Source: a virus
IMG/VR virus record: IMGVR_UViG_3300046170_000524
Direction: 5' to 3' (one strand)
Length of the DNA stretch: 64,000 bases
Positions within the stretch are counted from its first letter, which is position 1. Every line of letters begins with the position of its first letter. Both the position numbers and the translations under genes were made by a program. A model generated the notes under the pieces. That model was not told the origin of the DNA. It made no database searches and saw only the letters and a list, made by a program, of their open reading frames with translations. This document shows, piece after piece, positions 27,540 through 35,398 of this stretch.

Positions 27540-28594
27540 TATTCTAGTATTTTATTTAAGGTTTTTTCGTAAGTGAATTCATCTTTGAGTTTTTTACCTT
27601 CTTCGTTAACTATTTTACATTTATTTTCTGCAATTTCTAGAGCTGAAATAAATTGATCTTCATTAAAAGAATATATGTTTCCTTGGTTGAAGGAAGCTCC
27701 TTCTTGAAAGAAAATATCATCATAAACAGGCTCTGTACCTAAGGGCTCAATTAACACACTGTTTTCGGAGGTAGCCCAATCGCGATGACTTGTACAATTA
27801 AGAACTATACTCCACTTACCTAAGCAGGTAGCATTGAAGGATGGTAAGTTCCACCCTTCTCCCCCACTCATTCCGCCTAGGTCAATATCTATCGCATTAA
27901 GAAAGTCATTTACCTGACTGTTCTTAGGTAAAAAAGGCATGAAGTTTATATTTCCATATCTTTTGCCCTCTAAAATATTTGCTATTGAAGACTCCATCTG
28001 TTCTTTTTTAAAAAAAGGATTCGTTATGCAACAAGTTAATTGGTATTTATAATTATTTCCATACTTCTTAATCCATGCTCTAATTATTTTTTCTGTATGT
28101 TTTCTTTTTTCGAATTTACCCATTAAACCAAAATGAATTTTGTCTGGCATGTAAGTTTTATTAGTTTCGTAGAAGGATTCGTCGAAACCTAGCGGTGCAA
28201 AATGAGAATCCTTGAATTTACTTGATGCATAACTACTACTGAATACAGTTTTATCTTGAAAATTACATAGTTTTTTTTCTGTATTCGTTGGGGAATCTAG
28301 TTCGTAAAATGTATACAATATCTGCCTATGTGAAATTCTATCTTCGGATCCATTCAAATGCCACATCTGTAGGGTGGTTGAGTCTTTATCTAACTTGTTG
28401 AATCTATTTTTTATGCTATCCTCCAGCCACGCTTTAAAATCTTCAGGAACAACTTCAAATGAACTTATATCTACATTACCCCTAGGAAAAAATGCTATTT
28501 CCATATTTTTTTTAAACATTTGCTTAAGGAGATTGTATGAAACATTCCCGAATGAAAGAGAATTTAGTGGTGCTTTGTATATTAATTTATTCAT
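27539..28594 (-). CDS. GT4-like (GT-B) glycosyltransferase
   Basis: SFGNVSY...FAPLGFD...FGLMGKFEKRK...SGGEGWNLPSFNATCLGKWSIV (EG(F/W)GLP-type signature). Confidence 0.7.
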   Translation of the reverse strand: MNKLIYKAPLNSLSFGNVSYNLLKQMFKKNMEIAFFPRGNVDISSFEVVPEDFKAWLEDSIKNRFNKLDKDSTTLQMWHLNGSEDRISHRQILYTFYELDSPTNTEKKLCNFQDKTVFSSSYASSKFKDSHFAPLGFDESFYETNKTYMPDKIHFGLMGKFEKRKHTEKIIRAWIKKYGNNYKYQLTCCITNPFFKKEQMESSIANILEGKRYGNINFMPFLPKNSQVNDFLNAIDIDLGGMSGGEGWNLPSFNATCLGKWSIVLNCTSHRDWATSENSVLIEPLGTEPVYDDIFFQEGASFNQGNIYSFNEDQFISALEIAENKCKIVNEEGKKLKDEFTYEKTLNKILE

Positions 28595-28596
28595 AA

Positions 28597-28980
28597 TTAA
28601 AACGGAATATCTGCAAATTGGTCATCTTCTATTATTTCTTTAGCTTTTTGCTCGATATTTTTTTGTTGATTATCGTGATTTGAGTTGTCAAGAAAAGTTA
28701 CTAAGTCGGCTCGGCAATATATTTTGCTTCTATTTTCTCCATTTTTTGATTTCCAATTGCTGCACAAAAGCTTTCCTTCTATAAGAACTTTGCGACCTTT
28801 AGAGAGGAATCTGTTACAATTTTCTGCTACATTTCCCCATGATTCTGCGTCTATATAAAAAACTGAGTTATTTGCTTTATTATTTATAGCAAGAGAAAAT
28901 TCACAGACATTATTTCCATTGTTTAGTTTTTTAAAAACAGGGTCTTTAGTTAAATTACCTAGTCCTATAAATTTATTCAT
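28597..28980 (-). CDS. ssb: Single-stranded DNA-binding protein
   Basis: MNKFIGLGNLTKDP...FSLAIN...ESWG..AE.C..FL.KGRKV.IEG.L...W; acidic tail DDQFADIPF. Confidence 0.92.
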   Translation of the reverse strand: MNKFIGLGNLTKDPVFKKLNNGNNVCEFSLAINNKANNSVFYIDAESWGNVAENCNRFLSKGRKVLIEGKLLCSNWKSKNGENRSKIYCRADLVTFLDNSNHDNQQKNIEQKAKEIIEDDQFADIPF

Positions 28981-29573
28981 ACTTCTTTTTCTAATTGATT
29001 TTGGAATGATTTAATTGCAGAGTTGTGTATGTTGATGCACCCCTGTATGCTTAGATTCATTTCGTCACCAATCTGTTTCCATGGCATAACTTTGTTTTTG
29101 TGACCTATAATATATCTCATTTTAAAAATTTTCTCAACCCGTGTGTCGGGATGTTCGGATATTGCGTTTAGTACTTTATTAAATAAGTCTTGTTTTATGC
29201 TTTCTGAAATGGAATCGCATTCAAGCGAATCATCTTTTGGCATATTTTCTATATGATCACTATGCCAAACAGGTCTTCTTTTGTTTCGATTATAAGTATT
29301 TAGGCACATCCACTTAGTTTCATTTCCTAGGTAAGTGCTAAACTTGGCTCCTTTAGTGCTATCAAATTTAATTGCCGCGTTGTATATCTTGTATTCCTTA
29401 TCATTAATTAATTCGTTATAATCTATGTAGGGATTATTGGGGCTGGCGTAACAATTAACCATATCTAGGTATATACCGCTATGCCTTTCGATTAGTAACT
29501 CTAAACTTTCTCTTTGATTAATTTGAGACTGTAAGTTATTAATTAATTCGATATCTTCTATATCTTTATTCAT
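28977..29573 (-). CDS. Phage-encoded RNA polymerase sigma factor (sigma70 family, regions 2 and 4)
   Basis: A..KFDSTKGAKFSTYL...KW (region 2.2-2.4) and C-terminal HTH PWKQIGDEMNLSIQGCINIHN. Confidence 0.8.
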   Translation of the reverse strand: MNKDIEDIELINNLQSQINQRESLELLIERHSGIYLDMVNCYASPNNPYIDYNELINDKEYKIYNAAIKFDSTKGAKFSTYLGNETKWMCLNTYNRNKRRPVWHSDHIENMPKDDSLECDSISESIKQDLFNKVLNAISEHPDTRVEKIFKMRYIIGHKNKVMPWKQIGDEMNLSIQGCINIHNSAIKSFQNQLEKEV

Positions 29574-30121
29574 AAAATAGATTGTATGACTTCTTTAACT
29601 ATTTTCGATATTATTAAATTATTAGTTTCTTCAAAGTTTTTCCAAGTGAATTTTATATCAGATTTATTTAATAGGATTGGGTCGTTTTCAGCTTCTTCTT
29701 TATTAGGTGGAGATATACCTTCTCTTGTTATATGTATCGATTTACCTCCTATATCCCTCACCCAGTCTATTTCGTTTTCAAACCTAACATCTGTAATGAA
29801 TGAAACTCCATTGATCGAGAATGATTTTACTTCGTCATTAATTTTATCTATCCAGCAGTTCGGATTTATTTTTCTTCTTATATGTGTGCCGTAAGTTACC
29901 AGTAGGGGTCTAATTATTTCTTTTTCTGAGGTTTTCTCCGTAAACGCTGATATACCTGTATATTTTTCAAGTATTTCATTGCACTCGCTTTTTAAGCAAT
30001 CCGCGAAAGCAAATCTTCTTGTTCTGATATTCTGACTACTTAGTATACTTGAGGCTATATTAAAAAAACTATCTTTTCCACATCTAGCCAATCCGCTTAT
30101 TCCTATTATGTTAGATTTCAT
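29570..30121 (-). CDS. Deoxynucleoside monophosphate kinase (T4 gp1-like)
   Basis: IIGISGLARCGKDS P-loop; FAD.LK; R.LL..YGT..R; ITDVRFENE. Confidence 0.8.
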   Translation of the reverse strand: MKSNIIGISGLARCGKDSFFNIASSILSSQNIRTRRFAFADCLKSECNEILEKYTGISAFTEKTSEKEIIRPLLVTYGTHIRRKINPNCWIDKINDEVKSFSINGVSFITDVRFENEIDWVRDIGGKSIHITREGISPPNKEEAENDPILLNKSDIKFTWKNFEETNNLIISKIVKEVIQSIL

Positions 30122-30414
30122 GACCCGAATATTTCCCTCATACTAGAGGATAATTCATGTTGCCCTGCATCAGTAAGCATTTTGGATACAGAGTGATAAG
30201 ATACGCTTTCGTCGTAATTTTCGCTCATAACATCAGCTTGTAATTCTTCGGATATCATCACAGAAGATAGTTTTAAGTTCTTACCTCTTCTCTCTAACAT
30301 TTCAACAAGTGCGTCAACACACGCCTCATTCTCGTTATTTGCCTGAATGATAACCGACCAATCAGAGCATTTTATTCTATAAAACTTCCCTTCACTTAAG
30401 TCTAAAAATTTCAT
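30118..30414 (-). CDS. Hypothetical protein, first gene of leftward early operon
   Basis: 98-aa ORF starting 6 nt after a -10 box; ATGA overlap with the next gene. Confidence 0.6.
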   Translation of the reverse strand: MKFLDLSEGKFYRIKCSDWSVIIQANNENEACVDALVEMLERRGKNLKLSSVMISEELQADVMSENYDESVSYHSVSKMLTDAGQHELSSSMREIFGS

Positions 30415-30420
30415 TCAAGC

Positions 30421-30449
30421 ATTCTATCACCATTTCAACTAAATGTCAA
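30421..30449 (-). promoter_or_regulatory. sigma70 promoter (leftward), extended -10
   Basis: TTGACA (30449-30444), 17-nt spacer, TG-n-TAGAAT (30426-30421); ATG 6 nt later. Confidence 0.85.
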
Positions 30450-30507
30450 TTCTTATATTTATATATTAATAATTAATTATATTTATGTATACGTATATTA
30501 TTAACAA

Positions 30508-30525
30508 CGTTCATTTTTTTGAACG
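30508..30525. promoter_or_regulatory. Operator-like inverted repeat CGTTCA-N6-TGAACG
   Basis: Perfect 6-bp arms lying between two divergent promoters. Confidence 0.4.
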
Positions 30526-30552
30526 CCGAGCATTCACTTTTTTGGATATAGC

Positions 30553-30581
30553 TTGACAATTTATTTATTTCTGTATATAGT
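30553..30581 (+). promoter_or_regulatory. sigma70 promoter (rightward)
   Basis: TTGACA (30553-30558), 17-nt spacer, TATAGT (30576-30581); ATG 8 nt later. Confidence 0.85.
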
Positions 30582-30589
30582 TATTATCG

Positions 30590-30910
30590 ATGAAGAAATT
30601 TATACAAATGCCATTAGTTATCCAAGATGATGTAGTTGAAGGAAAGTTGATAGGAAATGATTTATTGATATACTCCTACTTACTTACTAAGGCTAGTCAC
30701 GGAGAACCTATATTTTTTTCAAATAAAAAAATCGGAGACGATCTTGGAGGAATGTCTCATGGGAAGGTATCAGCTTCCCTATCTAGATTATCAAGCGCAG
30801 GACACATACGTAGATTCAGGACTTGTAACAAGACAGGTACCCAATTAAAAACCATGGTGCAAAACAAAGGTAATATGATAATAAGAGGTAAAATTTTAGA
30901 TAAAACTTGA
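30590..30910 (+). CDS. Winged HTH DNA-binding protein
   Basis: DLLIYSYLL...FFSNKKIGDDLGGMSHGKVSASLSRLSSAGHIRR (HTH_36/replication-initiator-like pattern). Confidence 0.65.
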   Translation: MKKFIQMPLVIQDDVVEGKLIGNDLLIYSYLLTKASHGEPIFFSNKKIGDDLGGMSHGKVSASLSRLSSAGHIRRFRTCNKTGTQLKTMVQNKGNMIIRGKILDKT

Positions 30911-30934
30911 AGTATAAAGGCATAGAGGTATAAT
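30907..30934 (+). promoter_or_regulatory. Possible internal sigma70 promoter
   Basis: TTGAAG, 16-nt spacer, TATAAT upstream of ATG 30951. Confidence 0.4.
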
Positions 30935-30950
30935 CTATAAAAAAACAATT

Positions 30951-31523
30951 ATGTCAATATCTCTATATAAACCAAACAGTAAAAACACGGGCTGCGCTTT
31001 TAACTTTTCTATAGGTAATAATAGAAACAAAGAACCCGTAGTATACGTCAACGCAATCCAGCAATTCAGCTGGGACGATAATAAAAAAACAGGAAACTTT
31101 TCCGGAAACGCAAGCGATCCCGATAAAAAAATAAATTTAAAATTTACCGAATTTGAAATCGGAGGAGTAATTAGTGCATTTAAGAATAGAAATGAATTTT
31201 CCTCTTTTCATGCTTTTGAAGAAAATAAAACATCAATTAAATGCGTGCCCTGGGATAAGAAGACTAAAGTGAAAGATGGAGATAATGACAAATGGATTAC
31301 CTTACCCGCATTCGGAATAACATTCACAAGAAACGGAAGTCAAGTTTTCAGGATACCCATCGAACCCGGAGAAGTCGAAAATTTAATAGAGTTCTTTAAA
31401 TTTTATTTAAAATCTTTATATAAACATCGAAAAATAGAAGAAGCCAAAAAGATGGAAAAATACAAACCAAGCAAACAAACACAAAAAGAATCTTCCGCAG
31501 AAGGCGATGATGCCCCCTTTTAA
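30951..31523 (+). CDS. Putative Whirly/PC4-like ssDNA-binding protein with SSB-type acidic tail
   Basis: FSWDD.K...KINLKFTEFEIGGVI resembles the Whirly YDW..KQ.F.LS..E.G pattern; ends EGDDAPF. Confidence 0.4.
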   Translation: MSISLYKPNSKNTGCAFNFSIGNNRNKEPVVYVNAIQQFSWDDNKKTGNFSGNASDPDKKINLKFTEFEIGGVISAFKNRNEFSSFHAFEENKTSIKCVPWDKKTKVKDGDNDKWITLPAFGITFTRNGSQVFRIPIEPGEVENLIEFFKFYLKSLYKHRKIEEAKKMEKYKPSKQTQKESSAEGDDAPF

Positions 31524-33430
31524 TGAAGAAAAAGGTATTAATACACAGCAATCACTGCAAAGCTTATACAGGTTTCGGCAAGCACGCCAAAAATATTCTA
31601 ATACATCTTCAAAAAACAGGCAAATATGAATTAATAGAATTTTGCAATGGAATAAGATGGGGTGACCCATCACTCCGATCATTACCATGGAGAGCTCAGG
31701 GCTCTCTGCCAAACAGTCCATCTCTACTATCAAAACTAAATAAAGATCCTCAATTAGCTAGAAGCGCTGGATATGGCGCAGAAATGATAGATAAGATAAT
31801 AGAGGAAGAGAAACCTGATGTATATATAGGCATAGAGGATATCTGGGCATTTTCTGGGTACACAGAAAAAACATGGTGGAACAACATTAACTGCATGATA
31901 TGGACCACCCTTGACAGCTTACCAATACTACCAGACGCCATACAGTCTGCCCCGAAGATTAAAAATTTTTATACATGGGCAAGTTTTGCGCAAAAATCAT
32001 TAAACCAATCAGGTCAAGAACATGTAAAGACTTTGAGGGGAGCATTAGATACAGGTAATTTCTTCAAAATGAATAAAAAATCACGATCTTTATTAAGAGA
32101 GAAACAGAGTATTTCTCAAGAAGATTTTGTAATAGGTTTTGTTTTTAGAAACCAATTAAGAAAAAGTGTCCCCAATCTACTTGAAGGATTTAAAATCTTT
32201 TGTAAACAAAACCCAGAATGCAAGCCAAAACTTTTACTTCATACTCATTGGGGAGAAGGTTGGGATATTAATAGATTAATAAAAGAAAAAGGGATAGATC
32301 CAGAACAAATTTTAACGACATACTTCTGTGAACATTGCAAAGAGTACGAAATTAAACCCTTCAAAGGAGAGAAGCAGGATTGCGGTTTCTGTGGAAAAGA
32401 AAAATCTCAGTCCACGACAAGCACAAAAGCCGGAGTTAATGAAAATCAATTAAATGAGATTTACAATTTGATGGATGTATACTGTCATCCGTTTACTAGC
32501 GGAGGTCAAGAAATACCAATACAAGAAGCTAAATTAACAGAATTAATCACATTAGTAACTAATTACAGCTGCGGAGAAGACTGTTGCACTGAAGAAGCTA
32601 ATAGCTTACCTTTATCCTGGACAGAGTATAGAGAACCTGGAACTCAATTTATAAAAGCCAGCACTGACCCTAAAAGCATAGCAAACCAACTCAGAAAAGC
32701 GCTAAATATGCCTAGTTCAAAAAAAGAAATTATGGGTAAAAAAGCTAGAGAGTTCGTTCTCAATAACTACAGTACAGATATTATTGGAAAAAAGCTTGAA
32801 CAAATTATAGATAACATGCCAGAAGTAAATTGGGACTTCAATTTCGAAATCGAAGAGAGAGATCCTTTTTATGAACCGCCTGAAATAGAAAGTGACTCAG
32901 AGTGGATAACAGACTTATATAAAAATATATTAAAAGTAGAAACCAATGAATTAGAAGACGGTCATAAACATTGGATGAATAGATTAAACACTGATTTATC
33001 AAGAAAAGATGTAATTAAATATTTTAGAAGCGTAGCAGAAAAAGAAAATAAAGAAAATAAAAAAGTTGAATTAACTGAATTTTTAGATAAAGAAGACGAA
33101 GGTAGTAGATTACTTATAGTTATGCCAGAGAGAATTGGTGATATATATCTATCAACATCATTACTTCCTAATTTCAAAAAACAATATCCAAATTATAATA
33201 TATACTATGCAACAAAACCTCAATATTTTGAAATTCTAGACGGAAACCCTTACGTTCACAAATGCATCCCTTACCATGATTCGCTGGCTAATTTGCCAGC
33301 AATGGAAGGACAAGGGGAGTCGCAAGGATATTTTAATATGGTTTTTATACCATTTTTAGGCACTCAAAGAATAATAAACTTTCCACACAATACAGAAGAT
33401 AAAATACAATTCGAACTATGCACCTTTTAG
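31523..33430 (+). CDS. GT4-like glycosyltransferase with inserted CxxC...CxxC ribbon, DUF4214-like helix bundle and GT9-like C-terminal segment
   Basis: TGFGKHAKNIL; GFVFRNQLRKSV; MDVYCHPFTSGGQEIPIQEA; CEHC...CGFC; WITDLYKNIL...HWM...SRKDVIKYF; ERIGDIYLST...LDGNPYV. Confidence 0.7.
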   Translation: MKKKVLIHSNHCKAYTGFGKHAKNILIHLQKTGKYELIEFCNGIRWGDPSLRSLPWRAQGSLPNSPSLLSKLNKDPQLARSAGYGAEMIDKIIEEEKPDVYIGIEDIWAFSGYTEKTWWNNINCMIWTTLDSLPILPDAIQSAPKIKNFYTWASFAQKSLNQSGQEHVKTLRGALDTGNFFKMNKKSRSLLREKQSISQEDFVIGFVFRNQLRKSVPNLLEGFKIFCKQNPECKPKLLLHTHWGEGWDINRLIKEKGIDPEQILTTYFCEHCKEYEIKPFKGEKQDCGFCGKEKSQSTTSTKAGVNENQLNEIYNLMDVYCHPFTSGGQEIPIQEAKLTELITLVTNYSCGEDCCTEEANSLPLSWTEYREPGTQFIKASTDPKSIANQLRKALNMPSSKKEIMGKKAREFVLNNYSTDIIGKKLEQIIDNMPEVNWDFNFEIEERDPFYEPPEIESDSEWITDLYKNILKVETNELEDGHKHWMNRLNTDLSRKDVIKYFRSVAEKENKENKKVELTEFLDKEDEGSRLLIVMPERIGDIYLSTSLLPNFKKQYPNYNIYYATKPQYFEILDGNPYVHKCIPYHDSLANLPAMEGQGESQGYFNMVFIPFLGTQRIINFPHNTEDKIQFELCTF

Positions 33431-34575
33431 AGCAATACGCACTTTCTTGCGGAATAAAAATTGATAAACCGTTTATAGAAACCTCTTACTACCCAACTGA
33501 AAGCGATAAATACATAACATTGCACACAAGTAATAGGATACAATCCAAAACGTATGACTACTATAATGATGTACTTGATTTAATGCACCCATTTTTGAAA
33601 AAAGAAGGAATTGATATAATTCAAATAGGTTCAAGGAATGAAGAAAAAATTAATCACTGCATACATTACCAAGGAAAAACAACAATAAAACAAGCATCTT
33701 ATTTAATAAAAAATTCTCTATTACATCTTGGTACAGATTCATTCAGTAGCCACGTTGCATCGGGATTCAATAAAAAAATAGTTAGCCTATATTCAGTACT
33801 ATTCAAAGAATGTTGTAAACCATTCTGGGGAGACAGTAACGACCATGTTTTACTTGAGCCTGATTGGTCAAAATCCAAACCTTCATTCTCGGATCAAGAG
33901 TATCCTAAATCGATTAATTCTATAATGCCAGAACAAGTAGCAAAACCTGTACTAGATCTATTGAATATAGCAAATGATTTAAACAGCATAGAAACTTTTC
34001 ATATAGGAAGCGCATACCACGCAGGCTCTTTAAGTGTTATACCCAATCATGTTATGCCAAAAAGTTTTGCGCCAAATCAACCGGCGAATATTTTAGCCAA
34101 CGAACATTTTGATGAAGTAAATATAGCCAAATGGGCATACTCTAGGAAAGTAAACATTTTTCTAGACCAACCAATGCAATATAATTACTTACAAGCAATA
34201 AGAGATAATGTTCATCAAATAAATTATTATATAAAACCCGATGACAATGAAGACTTTTTTAAATTAGTACAAAAAATGGGAATAAAACTAAAATTAATTT
34301 GCGAAGACGAAAACCATATCAACGAAGCAAGATTAAAATTCTTCGATTGGGAAGTTCACTTATCAAAAAAGAAAACAAAAAAAGACATTGACAATTATCA
34401 AAAAATATGTGATAATACTCGTTATAAAAGCGCTCAAATCATATCATCAAACAACATGCTTTACGCAAGTAAAAGCGCATGGAAAAATGATATACCTGGC
34501 AGGCACAATAAAATTATAGACGAACCTGACTTTTGGGACAACGCAATCAACTTAAAACTTTATAACAAAAAATAA
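33418..34575 (+). CDS. GT9-like (heptosyltransferase-like GT-B C-terminal half) protein
   Basis: IIQIGS...YQGKTTIKQASYLIKNSLLHLGTDSFSSHVAS.F.KKIV.LY, a GT9 pattern. Confidence 0.6.
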   Translation: MHLLEQYALSCGIKIDKPFIETSYYPTESDKYITLHTSNRIQSKTYDYYNDVLDLMHPFLKKEGIDIIQIGSRNEEKINHCIHYQGKTTIKQASYLIKNSLLHLGTDSFSSHVASGFNKKIVSLYSVLFKECCKPFWGDSNDHVLLEPDWSKSKPSFSDQEYPKSINSIMPEQVAKPVLDLLNIANDLNSIETFHIGSAYHAGSLSVIPNHVMPKSFAPNQPANILANEHFDEVNIAKWAYSRKVNIFLDQPMQYNYLQAIRDNVHQINYYIKPDDNEDFFKLVQKMGIKLKLICEDENHINEARLKFFDWEVHLSKKKTKKDIDNYQKICDNTRYKSAQIISSNNMLYASKSAWKNDIPGRHNKIIDEPDFWDNAINLKLYNKK

Positions 34576-34576
34576 A

Positions 34577-35398
34577 ATGTCAACAAAAACAACCACAGAT
34601 AATTCAGTAACATACGAATCACAAGCTTCAATCCAAACACCTAAAAGATCAATTCCTGAAAAATACTTAAAAGGCCCAGGACGTTTTTGTAGAAACGAGT
34701 ACGGTTTATTAAATGAAGTGAGTTATGAATTTGACGAAGATGGCTCTGTTAATTGGAGATCTATGATTAAAGATGAACATTTGTTTCCCAACAAGTCATG
34801 GTTTGATCTTCGAAAAAAAGATTTACCACGAACAATTGATGGATTAAAAGATCACCAATTACTTATTAAACTTTCAGGAATCAAAGAACTTGCAAAGCTT
34901 AGGGGATTCTCAGATGTATCTTATGAAGTCGTGAAGTGCGAAGAAGACCATGTTGCGGTAATTTGCAGAGTTACGTTTTTACCTAATTATGAAACTGGAA
35001 GCAAGGCTGTAACTTTTCAGGATATGGCAAATGCAACCTTAAACAATACAAGTAGCTTTGCGACTAAATTCCTAGAGACTATTGCATGTAATCGCGCATT
35101 TGTTCGTTGTGTTAGAAATTTTCTTAATGTTCATATTGTAGGTGATGATGAGATAGATAAATCATCCAACAATAATAATGCTCAAGTTAATATATCAGCA
35201 ACATTAACACCCTATTCAATGATAGAAAATTTAGCGAAAGATAAATTAAATTGCGGAAATTTCGAAGAGTTTAAAGTTGTTCTTCGTGATTGGTGGTCGT
35301 CAGGAAAATATAAAAACGATGAAGTTAAAAACTGGAATGATTACTCTGATATTCCTGCAACACAAGCAAGAATATTAATGAAAGTTATAAACGGTTAA
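34577..35398 (+). CDS. Putative Rad52/Sak-like single-strand annealing protein
   Basis: L.G.KELA..RG...V.YEV...V.C.V.F...D.ANA...N...ETIACNRAFVRCVRNFLNV resembles the Rad52-family AETRA..RALR signature. Confidence 0.5.
   Translation: MSTKTTTDNSVTYESQASIQTPKRSIPEKYLKGPGRFCRNEYGLLNEVSYEFDEDGSVNWRSMIKDEHLFPNKSWFDLRKKDLPRTIDGLKDHQLLIKLSGIKELAKLRGFSDVSYEVVKCEEDHVAVICRVTFLPNYETGSKAVTFQDMANATLNNTSSFATKFLETIACNRAFVRCVRNFLNVHIVGDDEIDKSSNNNNAQVNISATLTPYSMIENLAKDKLNCGNFEEFKVVLRDWWSSGKYKNDEVKNWNDYSDIPATQARILMKVING

Noticed and set aside
30415-30589. tRNA, riboswitch or other ncRNA in the largest intergenic gap
   Set aside because: No cloverleaf or T-loop motif; the space is accounted for by two promoters and an AT-rich spacer.
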